In this document: in pieces, positions 39,500-49,432 of the stretch
How positions within the stretch are numbered: position 1 is the first letter of the stretch
Layout: each line of letters starts with the position of its first letter
Source of the DNA: Dehalococcoidia bacterium
Lineage (GTDB): Bacteria > Chloroflexota > Dehalococcoidia > Lucifugimonadales > Australimonadaceae
Assembly (NCBI GenBank): GCA_965220205.1
Contig: OZ244812.1
Span: 2,195,307-2,259,306 of the forward strand
Length of the DNA stretch: 64,000 nucleotides
Direction: 5' to 3'
Translations under genes and position numbers: made by a program
Notes under the pieces: generated by a model
Databases searched by the model: none
What the model saw: the letters and a program-made list of their open reading frames with translations, nothing else
Told to the model about the DNA's origin: nothing

Positions 39500-40474
39500 C
39501 TAGGTGTCGAGAGTCGCGGCGGCGAATAGGTCCTCGTATCCCAGCGGGTCGGAAACGACCCCCTGCTCGTAGTTGTAGCGCACGTAAGCGTCGATAGTCC
39601 TCTTGTTGGCGGCGATGCCGTATTTGAAGGGATCGCCCCAGTCGGACATCTGCTCCTTCAGCCGTTCGCGCAGATAGACAACCGAGAACCCGGCGCGATC
39701 GTTCAGGATGTCGTCGTAGGCCATCTGCTTCGCCGCCTCGAAGGCGTTGTAGACGTTGGCCGCCAGCTCGGGGTTCTGCGCCGCCAGCTGGCGGCTCATC
39801 ACCATCATGTGCACGGGCGTGTAGATCGACGTCTCGCGGTACAGCCTCATGTCCTCGGCGAGGTAGTCCGGGAACAGGCGCTTCACCTGCGGGCTCTCCT
39901 CGAGCAGGTCGAATGCCCGTCCGTCGGAGATGTCCCCCATGAGGACATCGACCTCGCCGTCGAGCAGCAGCTCGTAGGGCCGCTTCTTCGGGTCGGGCGA
40001 GTCGACTCGATTGCTCGTGTCGCCGTAGAACGGGAACAGCTCGTCCCTCCCCCCGCCGACCCACGTGACGGTCGAGAAGTCGACGCCGTAGCGCTCATGC
40101 AAGAGGCCCTGGATCCAGATGGAGACAGCCGAGGTCGGACGGGCCCCGCCGATGCGCTTGCCCGCGATGTCCTGGGGCCCGTCGATGCCGGCGTCCGCCC
40201 GCACGAAGACGTAGGTGTAGACGGGCTTGCGTTTCGAGAACACAGGCAGTCCGATGAACTGCCAGCCGGCGGCGACAGCCGGGAGGAAGCTGCCGATGTT
40301 GATCTCGGTCAACCCGAAGTCCCCTGTCTTCAGCGGGCTCTTCGCGTTCAAGTTCGTCCCGCCGCGGTCGTCGCTAACGCGGAGGCGGGCCCCCTCGATC
40401 GGCGCCCGCCCCTCGATCAGAGGCATCGTCACGTCGTACCGCAACCGCGGAATCTCGAGTTCGACTTCGTCCAT
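39500..40474 (-). CDS. 4,5-dihydroxyphthalate decarboxylase-like protein, paralog 3
   Basis: YDVTMPLIEG, GLPVF, IAGKRIG, YTPVHMM, DPFKYGIAANK, YNYEQG. Confidence 0.78.
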   Translation of the reverse strand: MDEVELEIPRLRYDVTMPLIEGRAPIEGARLRVSDDRGGTNLNAKSPLKTGDFGLTEINIGSFLPAVAAGWQFIGLPVFSKRKPVYTYVFVRADAGIDGPQDIAGKRIGGARPTSAVSIWIQGLLHERYGVDFSTVTWVGGGRDELFPFYGDTSNRVDSPDPKKRPYELLLDGEVDVLMGDISDGRAFDLLEESPQVKRLFPDYLAEDMRLYRETSIYTPVHMMVMSRQLAAQNPELAANVYNAFEAAKQMAYDDILNDRAGFSVVYLRERLKEQMSDWGDPFKYGIAANKRTIDAYVRYNYEQGVVSDPLGYEDLFAAATLDT

Positions 40475-40603
40475 GATGACAACCTCCGTCGCTGATCGGT
40501 CGCTGTCGCCCGTACGACCGGGCGCGCCCGAGCATATAGGCGGGCACGAAGAACGGCAACGCTCGGCCGGCCTTCGTCGATCAGGCGACCAGGGCGCGAG
40601 GTG

Positions 40604-40803
40604 GCGTGGATTCCGTGTCGGGGCACGGGAATGACGGACTCGGGGCACGTACCGCTCCAGGGTCCGGATGCGGACTCCCGTGTCGGGGCAGGAGAATGAC
40701 GGGGGTTCGGGGTTCTCGCCGTAGTGGGCGGTCCGACTGCGAGGGGGCGTGGATTCCCGTGTCGGGGCACGAGAATGACGGGAGTCGGGGCACGGAGATG
40801 ACG
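40604..40803. repeat. Cluster of REP-like palindromes
   Basis: Three full copies and one partial copy of GCGTGGATTCCCGTGTCGGGGCACGRGAATGACGG; related copies near 31840, 32195 and 38355. Confidence 0.85.
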
Positions 40804-41100
40804 GCAGGTGAGACGGAATTGAACGGAAATGGGCCAAAATGGCCGGAAATGGGCCCAAAACATGAGGTTTTTCACTCGTAAATTGCAGGGTTTACGAGTG
40901 GAGGGTTGAAATAGTGCGACATTCTGCGACATTTCGCGACATTTACTCGTAAATCGGGCCGGCGGCCCGGCGCGCCAGCGCCCGGTGGTTTCGGGGGCCC
41001 TTCGACGGGCTCAGGACAGGCTTCGACGGCTCAGGGCAGGCTTCAACAGGCATGGTAGGGGTTGGGAGGCGTTGGGGCGAGGGGCGGATGTCGCGGCGGG
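40740..41100 (-). repeat. Mosaic non-coding repeat element, copy B (inverted relative to copy A)
   Basis: Reverse complement shares CCGCCGCGACATCCGCCCC..GATTTACGAGTAAATGTCGC..CCACTCGTAAA..GGCCCATTTCCGTTCA with 31874-32230. Confidence 0.85.
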
Positions 41101-41248
41101 GCTGGCCTCCCGACTGTAGACAACGCGTCTAGGAACTACAGCTCGCAGACTGACCGGTAGGCCGCGTCCGTGGAGAGCGTTCCTTGCCCAACTATGGCCG
41201 CGGGGCTAGGATGGCCCGGCGCTTGCTGCGCTGCGAGGAGGCGGAACG

Positions 41249-42028
41249 ATGCCATCAGACTGGACGACCCTCGACGTTGACAGCGCTCCGATGGAGTCCT
41301 ACCTGGCCGTGCCGGACGGGACAGGCCCATTCCCCGGCGTCGTCGTTGGCATGCATACCTACGGCGTCGATCGAGGCGTACGGCAGTTCTGCGACGACCT
41401 TGCCCGCGAGGGGTTCGCGGCGATCGCGCCGTACCTCTATCACCGCAACACCGACCTCACGGTGCATGAGTACAGCGCTATCCCATTCGAAGACCCGCGC
41501 CGAAGGGAGGAGGCCGCCGTCAGGGGCCGGGCCACGAGCCTGAACGACCTCCGGCAGGACGTGCTCGCTGCGGTCGCGTATCTCCGGGAGCTCCCACAGG
41601 TGGGAGCGTCGCCCGTCGGCATCACCGGGTTCTGCCTCGGCGGGCGCCTCTCGCTCTACATGGCGGGCGCCTCCGACACGTTCGCGGCGTCCGCTATCTT
41701 CTACGGCACCGACATGAACCGGGCCCGCGGCGGCGATCCTTCGCCGCTGTCCTTTGCGGCCAACATCAGCTGCGCGCTCGCGGGGTTCTTCGGCAGCGAG
41801 GACCAGAACCCGAGCCCGGCCGACGTGGACGAGGTCGACGCCGAGCTCGATCGACTGGGCGTCCCGCACACGTTCCACCGCTTCGAGGGAGCGCCCCACG
41901 CGTTCAACGACCCGTACAACCCGGTGCGTTGGACCCCGGAGCCGGCCGCCGAGGCGTGGCGGTTGCTCATCAAGTTCTTCACGCGCGCGCTCGCCGTTGG
42001 GGAGCATGCCCAGCAGACGACAGCGTGA
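41249..42028 (+). CDS. Dienelactone hydrolase family protein
   Basis: GITGFCLGG nucleophile elbow, APHAF. Confidence 0.92.
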   Translation: MPSDWTTLDVDSAPMESYLAVPDGTGPFPGVVVGMHTYGVDRGVRQFCDDLAREGFAAIAPYLYHRNTDLTVHEYSAIPFEDPRRREEAAVRGRATSLNDLRQDVLAAVAYLRELPQVGASPVGITGFCLGGRLSLYMAGASDTFAASAIFYGTDMNRARGGDPSPLSFAANISCALAGFFGSEDQNPSPADVDEVDAELDRLGVPHTFHRFEGAPHAFNDPYNPVRWTPEPAAEAWRLLIKFFTRALAVGEHAQQTTA

Positions 42029-42041
42029 CCGGAGGACAGTA

Positions 42042-42803
42042 ATGCGCTTAGAGAACAAAGTCTCGATAGTCACCGGCGCCGGCAGGAACATCGGCGAGGG
42101 CATTGCGCACGCCTTCGCCGAGGAGGGCGCCTACGTCGCGGTCGTTGACTGGCTGGAGGAGCGCGCGCAGAGCGTCGCGGACGCCATCAACGCCCAGTGC
42201 GACGGCGCGGCGATGGCCCTGACTTGCGACGTCACCAAGAGCGACGCGGTCGAGGGGATGACCCGCGCGGTGATCGAGCGTTGGGGCCGCGTCGACGTGC
42301 TCGTGAACAACGTCGGGGTCGTGGACCGCGTCAACGTCCTCGAACTCCCCGAGGAGGAGTGGGAGCGCGTCATCGGCGTCTCGCTGAAGAGCCAGTTCCT
42401 CTGCACGAAGTACGCGGCCAAGCACATGGTCGAGCGGGGAGGGGGCGGACGCATCATCTGCATCGCCTCGACCTCCGGGCATCGCGGACGGGACGGCGCG
42501 GTGGCGTACCCCGCGGCGAAGGGCGGCGTGTTGAACATGACAAGGGCGTTCGCGGTGCAGTTGGCCCCCTACGACATACGGGTCAACAGCGTGACGCCGA
42601 GCAGCGTCCTGACGATAGCGGAGCCCGGCGCGCCCGAGCGCATCCGGACGCCGAACAACCTCATCGGACGGAGCACCACGCCCCGGGACGTCGCGCTCGC
42701 GTGCGTGTTCCTTGCCTCCGACGACGCCGACGCGATCACCGGCATCGACCTGCCCGTCGACGGCGGCGCGCTGGCCGGCTCAGCGCCGCCGCGGGCCCGC
42801 TGA
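42042..42803 (+). CDS. Short-chain dehydrogenase/reductase
   Basis: TGAGRNIG, NNVG, YPAAK, IRVNSVTP, VDGG. Confidence 0.93.
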   Translation: MRLENKVSIVTGAGRNIGEGIAHAFAEEGAYVAVVDWLEERAQSVADAINAQCDGAAMALTCDVTKSDAVEGMTRAVIERWGRVDVLVNNVGVVDRVNVLELPEEEWERVIGVSLKSQFLCTKYAAKHMVERGGGGRIICIASTSGHRGRDGAVAYPAAKGGVLNMTRAFAVQLAPYDIRVNSVTPSSVLTIAEPGAPERIRTPNNLIGRSTTPRDVALACVFLASDDADAITGIDLPVDGGALAGSAPPRAR

Positions 42804-42835
42804 GCCGGGCGCGCTGAGCCGTACGGAGGCGGAGC

Positions 42836-44356
42836 ATGCAACAGCAGCAGTCGTACGATGTCATCGTTGTTGGGGGCGGATCGGCCGGGTGCGCCGCGGC
42901 AGCCCGACTTTCGGAAGACCCGCGACGCCGGGTGTTGCTGCTCGAGGCAGGGCCCGACCCGACGCCGATCCCCGAGGCCATCGCCGACGCGTCCCGCGGC
43001 GTCCGGCCGCTGCTCGAATCGCCCTACCTGATCATGTACCCGACCGAGCGCAAGCTCGACGGCAGCACGTACTACCCGCTCAGCGGCCGAATCATGGGCG
43101 GCGGCTCGTCGGTGAACGCGATGGCGGTCGTGCGTCCCACGAAGCACGACCTCGACACTTGGGCCGCGCTGGGCAACCCAGGCTGGTCCTACGACGACTG
43201 CCTGCCCGTCCTCAAGCGGATCGAGTCCGACCAGGACTTCGGCCACGACCCCATCCACGGGACCGACGGCCCGCTCCATGTGACGCGCCGGTTCTCGCTG
43301 AGCTCGCCGAGGTCGGAGCTCGTCGCGGCGTTCATCGACCGGGCCGTCAGCATGGGCCTGCCCCTGTGTCCGGACCTCAACGTGCCGAACCCCGTCGGAA
43401 TCAGCCCCGGCGCCGCGAACATCAAGAACGGCGTCCGGCAGTCGGCCAACGTCGCTTATCTCGACCCGGCGCGCGGGCGTCCGAATTTGGAGGTCGTCGC
43501 GGACGCCGCTGTCGTCTCGTTACAGGTGGCCCACGGGCGCGTCGAGGAGCTTGTATACGAGCACGGAGGCGACAGGCGTACGGTGTCCGCCGACCGTATC
43601 GTCCTGAGCGCGGGCGTGTACCACAGCCCACAGATCCTCATGCTCTCCGGCATTGGGCCGGCGCGGGACCTCGAGGCGCTGGGCGTCGACGTTGTCCATC
43701 CGCTCCCGGGCGTCGGGGAGAACTACCAGGACCACGCAGGCGTCAACATGACGTTCGAGGGTCCGTCGGCGTTCAACCCGGACTGGATCGTGGCCGGCTT
43801 CCGGCTCATCTTCAAGAGCAACCCGGACCTCGCGAACGGCGACTTCCACATCTTCATGCGGCCGCCGGTGGAGATAGCGGGGCTCAAGCGCATGATGCCG
43901 ATTGCCATCAACAGGATCGAGGACCACGGCCGCGGTAGGGTCTCCCTCCGTAGCGCCGACCCCCACGACCTGCCCGCCATCGACGACGGCCTGATGACGC
44001 ATCCCGCCGACATCGAAGCCATGACCACGGCGATGGGGTTCGTCTATGCCTTACTGCAAGATGAGTCGATGAGGAACTACTACGGACCGCTGCTCCACCC
44101 CGGGGCGGAGGAGGAGTGGGCCCGGTTCGCGCGGACGACCTACGACAGCTACCACCACGGCGTGGGCACGTGCAAGATGGGGCCGGCGTCGGACCCCCTG
44201 GCCGTCGTCGACAACACGCTTCGCGTGCATGGCATCGACAACCTCTACGTGGCCGACGCCTCAATCATGCCGACGGTGACGCACGCCAACACGAACGTCA
44301 CAGCGCTCATGATCGGCGAGCGGGTGGCCGACTTCATCAAGGCAGCGGACGGCTAG
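42836..44356 (+). CDS. GMC family oxidoreductase (choline dehydrogenase-like)
   Basis: VGGGSAG, GGGSSVN, SPQILMLSGIG, GVGENYQDH, HGVGTCKMG, VADASIMP. Confidence 0.95.
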   Translation: MQQQQSYDVIVVGGGSAGCAAAARLSEDPRRRVLLLEAGPDPTPIPEAIADASRGVRPLLESPYLIMYPTERKLDGSTYYPLSGRIMGGGSSVNAMAVVRPTKHDLDTWAALGNPGWSYDDCLPVLKRIESDQDFGHDPIHGTDGPLHVTRRFSLSSPRSELVAAFIDRAVSMGLPLCPDLNVPNPVGISPGAANIKNGVRQSANVAYLDPARGRPNLEVVADAAVVSLQVAHGRVEELVYEHGGDRRTVSADRIVLSAGVYHSPQILMLSGIGPARDLEALGVDVVHPLPGVGENYQDHAGVNMTFEGPSAFNPDWIVAGFRLIFKSNPDLANGDFHIFMRPPVEIAGLKRMMPIAINRIEDHGRGRVSLRSADPHDLPAIDDGLMTHPADIEAMTTAMGFVYALLQDESMRNYYGPLLHPGAEEEWARFARTTYDSYHHGVGTCKMGPASDPLAVVDNTLRVHGIDNLYVADASIMPTVTHANTNVTALMIGERVADFIKAADG

Positions 44357-44496
44357 GGAACCTCTGAACAAGACTTCCCCCTCCTCAATCCTCCCCCAGT
44401 GGGGAGGAGGCCGGATTGGAGCCCCCTCAATCCGTTCGTGGGACCCTTCGACGAGCTCAGGGCGAACGGATTGGGACGGAGATATTCAGAGGTTCC
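44357..44496. mobile_element. 140-bp MITE with IS5-type ends and CTAG target duplication
   Basis: GGAACCTCTGAA...TTCAGAGGTTCC; CTAG at 44353-44356 and 44497-44500; internal REP-like hairpins. Confidence 0.9.
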
Positions 44497-44512
44497 CTAG
44501 GAGGCGGCCCGC

Positions 44513-45655
44513 TTAGTCGCCGTCGCCGTAGTCCCAACGGAACGCCGGGTCCGTGTAGACGGCGTCGGGCATCCGGCTGGTCAGGCCACGCTTCGCCAGC
44601 TCTTCGTTGAACTTCTCGCGAATCCAGGACTCCTCGTCCGGGTACTCGATCTGGCCGCGGGGCGCAACGCGCATCAGCGGATGGTCGGTGTGCCACTTGA
44701 GGTACCGCGCCTCCTGCGTGCCGACGTTGAAGTGTTGGTGGTACCAACCGCTTGGCGGCGTGAACACGGTCGCCTCGTTCCAGGGCAGCACCATCTTCTC
44801 TCCGCCCTCTTCCCACATGAGGGTGTAGCCCTCCCCCGACGGGATGATGATGACGAAGCCGGGGCCGTGGCGGTGGCCCTTCTTGTAGAGTCCCTCGTCG
44901 AACACCGACATGCTCGCCGCCATCCCGGAGCCCGGGAAGCGGATGCTGACGTTCGTGCCTCCCCCGCGTTCCCGGTCGGCGGAGAGCCGGTCCCAGGCGC
45001 TCATGTCCGGGAAGAAGTTCCCGACCCAGACGACGCCTCCGTGGCGCGCGGCGGGGACGGAGTCATCGGTAGTGGCGCCCCAGGCCTCGGCGCGGGCGTC
45101 GCTCGCGCCGCGACCGAGTACGGCCTTCGCTTGCGAGAAGGCGTCCTGCTGCCCGTAGAGGAGAGACTCGTCTTCGTAGTCGCCGTTGAAGAAGAAGGCC
45201 GGGTCGGGCATCACCGTCATGGCGAAGGCGAGGTAGTTGTAGTGGAACAGCCTGGCCGGCTGGTCGCCGCGGGTGTTGGTGAGCTGGTGATAGCAGTACC
45301 GGGGCAACTGGAACATGCTGTGCTTCTGCCACTCGAATGTCTTCTTCGGCCCGTTCCCCGACCAGACCGTGCAGAGGCCCTGGCCTTCCAGGACGTAGAC
45401 GACCTCGCCGAGCGCGAACTTGAGCGGCGGGAGAGTCTTGCCCGGCGGTATCTCCGTGACTCGGCTCTCGCTGAGCCCCTCCATGCCATCGAGCTGGAGA
45501 AAGGCGGCGTTGCACTGCCGTTCTTCCCACCAACCCAACTCCGCGGACCTCATGTCGGATACGATGTGCCCCCGGTAGATGGGCACTCCGACCGACTCGA
45601 TCCAGCGTGTGTAGGCGTCCTGGATCGGCCTTCGTGTAGCAGTTGCTTGCACCAT
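44513..45655 (-). CDS. Bicupin protein (gentisate-dioxygenase-like fold)
   Basis: EVVYVLEGQG..W; GHRHGPG..GEGYTLMW..WYHQHFN. Confidence 0.8.
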   Translation of the reverse strand: MVQATATRRPIQDAYTRWIESVGVPIYRGHIVSDMRSAELGWWEERQCNAAFLQLDGMEGLSESRVTEIPPGKTLPPLKFALGEVVYVLEGQGLCTVWSGNGPKKTFEWQKHSMFQLPRYCYHQLTNTRGDQPARLFHYNYLAFAMTVMPDPAFFFNGDYEDESLLYGQQDAFSQAKAVLGRGASDARAEAWGATTDDSVPAARHGGVVWVGNFFPDMSAWDRLSADRERGGGTNVSIRFPGSGMAASMSVFDEGLYKKGHRHGPGFVIIIPSGEGYTLMWEEGGEKMVLPWNEATVFTPPSGWYHQHFNVGTQEARYLKWHTDHPLMRVAPRGQIEYPDEESWIREKFNEELAKRGLTSRMPDAVYTDPAFRWDYGDGD

Positions 45656-45719
45656 GAGTTTCCTCTCCTCCTCCCGGTCCTGACTCGCCGAGTTCCCGTT
45701 GCGCCGTCCCCTAAGAGCG

Positions 45720-46910
45720 CTAGCTCAAACGAGGGCAGAGGCGCAGCGCGTTCTCGCCGAGAATCTTGTACTTCACACCGCTGGCGATGTCCGTCCGCTC
45801 GTAGAAGTCGATCACGTCCACGGGCCACGGGAGGCTCGCGGGGTGCGGATAGTCGGTCGAGAAGAGCCACGGGTGGTCGCCCAACTCGTCGATGCAGAGC
45901 GGCACGTACTTCTCCGTCGCTTCGATGGCGTGGAACAACCGACCCTCGGCGAGGATGTCGGAGGGCTTGCGACGCAGGAACGGCACGAGTTGCGGCCGCG
46001 ACGCAAAGCCGTCGTCGAGTTGCTCGATGAGCCACGGGACCCACCCGGCGCCCGTCTCGAAGATGCCGACTCGGAGCGTGGGGAACAGGTCGAAGATCCC
46101 GCCGCCGATGAGCGCGCTCATCGCGGTCATTCCTGCCCAGGGCTGATAGACAGCGCGGATGATGAACCCGGCGTTGTCCAGCTCGTAAGCGCCTGCCGTG
46201 TAGGGCGGGCGCAGGACCCCGCCGTGGACCATGACCGGCAGGTCCAGGTCCTGGGCGCGCTGAAAGATCGGGCGCAGGTCAGGGTTGTCCAACAGCCTCC
46301 CGTAGGCGGACGTCGGAGGCACCGCCACCCCGACTAGGTTATCGTCGCGCTCCGCCCAATATGCGAGGTCCTCGGCAGTGCCTTGCGGGTCGCGCATCGT
46401 GCCGATCATGAGCCACCGCACGCGCCCCTCGGTCTCGGAGCAGTAGTCGTTCATGTAGCGGCTGTGCGCCCGGTGGAGCGCCCGCTCGAACTGGACGTCG
46501 CGCAGGGTGATGTAGCTGGGAGCGTGGCTGGGGAACACGACGCAGAGGTCGATTCCGGCCTTGTCCATGTCGGCGAGGCGAATGGAGGGGTCCCAATGCA
46601 CGTCGCGCGGTATCTCCCAACCCGGGCCGGTCTCGGTCGGCGCGGACGCCCGGGACACGCCGTGGCGGTCGCCGAACGTGTCCTGCATGCCGAGCGGGCG
46701 GCTCTCGTCGGACGTCTCGATGATAGCGTGTGGGTTCATGAACAGCGCAGTTGTCTCGCCGCTCTCGCGCCGCTGCGCGACCGCCTGGGACAGGCGCTCG
46801 TACGCCTCCCGGTGCTCGGGGTCGATATTGTCGCGGTACCACCGGTCCGGGTCGACGTACTCGCGTACGTGCGTGTCCATATCGACGACTAAGTGACCTT
46901 CAAAAGCCAT
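45720..46910 (-). CDS. Amidohydrolase family protein
   Basis: VDMDTH, VMVHG, FETGAGW, FSTDYPH, ILGENA; ATG at 46910. Confidence 0.88.
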   Translation of the reverse strand: MAFEGHLVVDMDTHVREYVDPDRWYRDNIDPEHREAYERLSQAVAQRRESGETTALFMNPHAIIETSDESRPLGMQDTFGDRHGVSRASAPTETGPGWEIPRDVHWDPSIRLADMDKAGIDLCVVFPSHAPSYITLRDVQFERALHRAHSRYMNDYCSETEGRVRWLMIGTMRDPQGTAEDLAYWAERDDNLVGVAVPPTSAYGRLLDNPDLRPIFQRAQDLDLPVMVHGGVLRPPYTAGAYELDNAGFIIRAVYQPWAGMTAMSALIGGGIFDLFPTLRVGIFETGAGWVPWLIEQLDDGFASRPQLVPFLRRKPSDILAEGRLFHAIEATEKYVPLCIDELGDHPWLFSTDYPHPASLPWPVDVIDFYERTDIASGVKYKILGENALRLCPRLS

Positions 46911-46984
46911 CGCCTCTCCTCCCGCCGCCGACTCGCTCGCCGGCATGCCGAAGCCGCCACACGCCGATCGCGCCTTCGGGCAGC

Positions 46985-47461
46985 CTACCTGCGCTCGGCG
47001 GGCGTAGCGTCGCGACCGCCGAGGCCGCTCTCCTCTTGCCACTCCTTGAGCGGCTCGTAGTTCACGCGCTCCGCCTCGATGCTGTTGTCCACCGACGATA
47101 CGCGCAGAATCTCGAGCTGCTCGTCGCTCGCCGACTCGAACCAGTACGGCACGCCCTTGGGGACGGTGATGCCCTGTCTCGGGCCGAGCTCGGCGACGAT
47201 CTCCTCGGACTTGTTGGGGTCGTCGCTGACTCCGTAGAACCTCACGCGCCCCGCCACGACGACCCACGCCTCGTCGGCGTTGGTGTGGGAGTGCATATTG
47301 GTCTCGCCGCCCGCGTTGATGATCTGCGCCGACACCGTCAGCGTCTCGGTGCGGGAGAGCCGCAGCGATTTCTTGGGGAAGTCGGTGCGTGAGTCCTGCT
47401 CGTAGCCGAACACGGTCATACGGTCCGGCGGGGCTTGCGCAACATCTCGGTTCGTGGTCAT
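46985..47461 (-). CDS. Cupin domain protein
   Basis: GGETNMHSH..EAWVVVAG..VPKGVPYWF. Confidence 0.85.
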   Translation of the reverse strand: MTTNRDVAQAPPDRMTVFGYEQDSRTDFPKKSLRLSRTETLTVSAQIINAGGETNMHSHTNADEAWVVVAGRVRFYGVSDDPNKSEEIVAELGPRQGITVPKGVPYWFESASDEQLEILRVSSVDNSIEAERVNYEPLKEWQEESGLGGRDATPAERR

Positions 47462-47519
47462 GACAGCCTCTCCCTCTCGCTCTCGGATTGCACCGTTGGA
47501 CTTCCCGCTCTTTCGAAAC

Positions 47520-48617
47520 TCACGCCCAGGGGTTTACGCGGACGTGGATGGCGCCGGGCGCGCCCTCGCCGCCGACCGACTTGATGGCCATCGCAACATC
47601 GTTGAGGGTGAACTCGTGCGTCGAGAACCCACTGAAATCGACGTCGCCGGACGCGAGCATCTGGATGCCCCGCTCGACGGCCTCGTAGGAGTGGCCGTGA
47701 GCCCATTTGACGACGATGTCCTTGCGGTGCTGCGCGGTGGAGATCTGCTGGTTGCCGGCAGCAGCCAGCACGATCGTGCTGAACTTGCTCGCGGTGTCCA
47801 TCGCCTCGTCCATGGTGCCTTTGCCGCCGCCGGTAACGTTCACGATGATGTCCGCCCCCTCGCCGCCGGTGATCTCCGCGACCCGCTCGCGGAGGTCCTC
47901 CTCCTCGACGTTGATCGTGAAGTCGGCGCCGAACCGCCTGGCGAGCTCCAATCGTTCGCGGTCTCTGCTCAGCCCGCTGATCATGATGCACGCCGCCCCC
48001 GCGGATTTCGACGCCAGCACAGAGGCCAAGCCCATCTGGCCCGGACCCTGAATGAGCACCGTCTTACCGGGGCTCGCGCCGCCGTACCGTTCGGCCCACT
48101 CCACGCCGTTCGCCAGCGCGAGGAAGAGGGGAGCCTCGTCGGCAGGCACGCGCTCGGGCATCCTGTGCAGCACCACCCGTGGGTCGAGGTAGAGGTACTG
48201 GCTGAAGCCGCCCCAGAGTCCGGGGGCGTCGCTCACCGGCAGGTGGCCGTAGCCGGAGCGCCTCGTGAAACCGTCCACCACGTATTCCGTCTGATTGCAG
48301 AACCGGTGATGGCCCGTGCGGCACCACTTGCAGTACCCGCAGGGGATGTACTCCTCCAAGGCGACCCGGTCGCCCTCGCGGACGCCCCACCGCGCCGCCG
48401 CCTCCCTGCCTATCTTGTCGATATAGCCGACGTTCTCGTGGCCCATGATGCGTTGGCCGGCGCGCATCTGGAGCATCCCGTGGACGTCGCTCCCGCATAT
48501 CCCGGCCTGCTCCATGCGGAGGAGGCCCGCGTCCGCGGCGATGCCCGGCATCTCGTAGTCCCGAACCTCGAACACGCCGGGCTCCGTGAGTGTGGCTGCG
48601 AGCACCTTGTCAGTCAT
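47520..48617 (-). CDS. Zinc-dependent alcohol dehydrogenase (MDR family)
   Basis: GICGSD, GHE, CGYCKWC..C, GPGQMG. Confidence 0.92.
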   Translation of the reverse strand: MTDKVLAATLTEPGVFEVRDYEMPGIAADAGLLRMEQAGICGSDVHGMLQMRAGQRIMGHENVGYIDKIGREAAARWGVREGDRVALEEYIPCGYCKWCRTGHHRFCNQTEYVVDGFTRRSGYGHLPVSDAPGLWGGFSQYLYLDPRVVLHRMPERVPADEAPLFLALANGVEWAERYGGASPGKTVLIQGPGQMGLASVLASKSAGAACIMISGLSRDRERLELARRFGADFTINVEEEDLRERVAEITGGEGADIIVNVTGGGKGTMDEAMDTASKFSTIVLAAAGNQQISTAQHRKDIVVKWAHGHSYEAVERGIQMLASGDVDFSGFSTHEFTLNDVAMAIKSVGGEGAPGAIHVRVNPWA

Positions 48618-48658
48618 GGCGTGGTCCCTCCGCTCTCCGGCGTCCATCCTGCCGGCCG

Positions 48659-49408
48659 CTAGACGAGCCCGATGATTTCGATCCTAGGGAGGCCGTTCCC
48701 GCCCAAGTCGGCCTCGATCACGTGCTGCACGGGCGGCTCCGGACTCTCCCCGAGGCGTTGGCGCAGTTCACGCTCCACGCTTGCGTAGTATCGGACGTCT
48801 CCGACAAAGGCCGTCACCTGCGTGAGGCTTCCGAAATCCGCGCCGGCCTGCCGCATGAGCGAGCCGACGTTGTCAAGGACGAGGGCAACCTGCTCGTCAG
48901 CGTCGTCCACGGGCCGCCCCGCGACGACCCGAGACGAGGTTATCAGGTTGCCGGTGAGCGCGCCCATGGACATGGGGTCCTGGTGCTCCACCCCGGGAAT
49001 ATCCAGCACGCGGCGACGCGCGCCGGCTAGCGCGATAAGCTGCGCGGTCACGAGGACGCCCGGCGGAAGCGCCGCCGGCACGTACTTGTGGGGCGGGCGG
49101 TCGGCGGGATTCGGGAACCACTCCGACCACACCGGGTTCAGGAGGCGGCGCTCCGATAAGCTGCTCAACGCAAACGTAACGCGCGCGACATGCTCCCGGC
49201 CCACCCCGGCGGCCTCGAGAAATGCGTCCATGTTCGCGAACGTCGCGCGGAGCTGCGCTTCGAGCCCGCCACTGGGGAGCGCTCCCGTGCACGGGTCCGC
49301 CGCCGAGATTGCCGGAGCCAGGACGAACGAGCCCAGCCGCACGCCGCTCGGGAGGGAGCTGTGCTCCTCGCACAGGTAAATCTCACGCAGCGTCTCGCCC
49401 ACGCCCAA
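48659..49408 (-). CDS. Tandem two-domain Rid/YjgF-family protein 1
   Basis: Two YjgF-like repeats; LNPVWSEWFP..RP; IPGVEHQDPM. Confidence 0.82.
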   Translation of the reverse strand: MGVGETLREIYLCEEHSSLPSGVRLGSFVLAPAISAADPCTGALPSGGLEAQLRATFANMDAFLEAAGVGREHVARVTFALSSLSERRLLNPVWSEWFPNPADRPPHKYVPAALPPGVLVTAQLIALAGARRRVLDIPGVEHQDPMSMGALTGNLITSSRVVAGRPVDDADEQVALVLDNVGSLMRQAGADFGSLTQVTAFVGDVRYYASVERELRQRLGESPEPPVQHVIEADLGGNGLPRIEIIGLV

Positions 49409-49432
49409 ATCGCCGCCTCCGCGCCGCCGGCT

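Noticed and set aside
40604..40803. Regularly spaced 35-bp repeats resembling a CRISPR array, near a Cas4-like gene
   Set aside because: Only 3-4 degenerate copies with uneven spacing; the same palindrome occurs singly at other intergenic sites; no cas1, cas2 or leader. Better explained as REP-like repeats.
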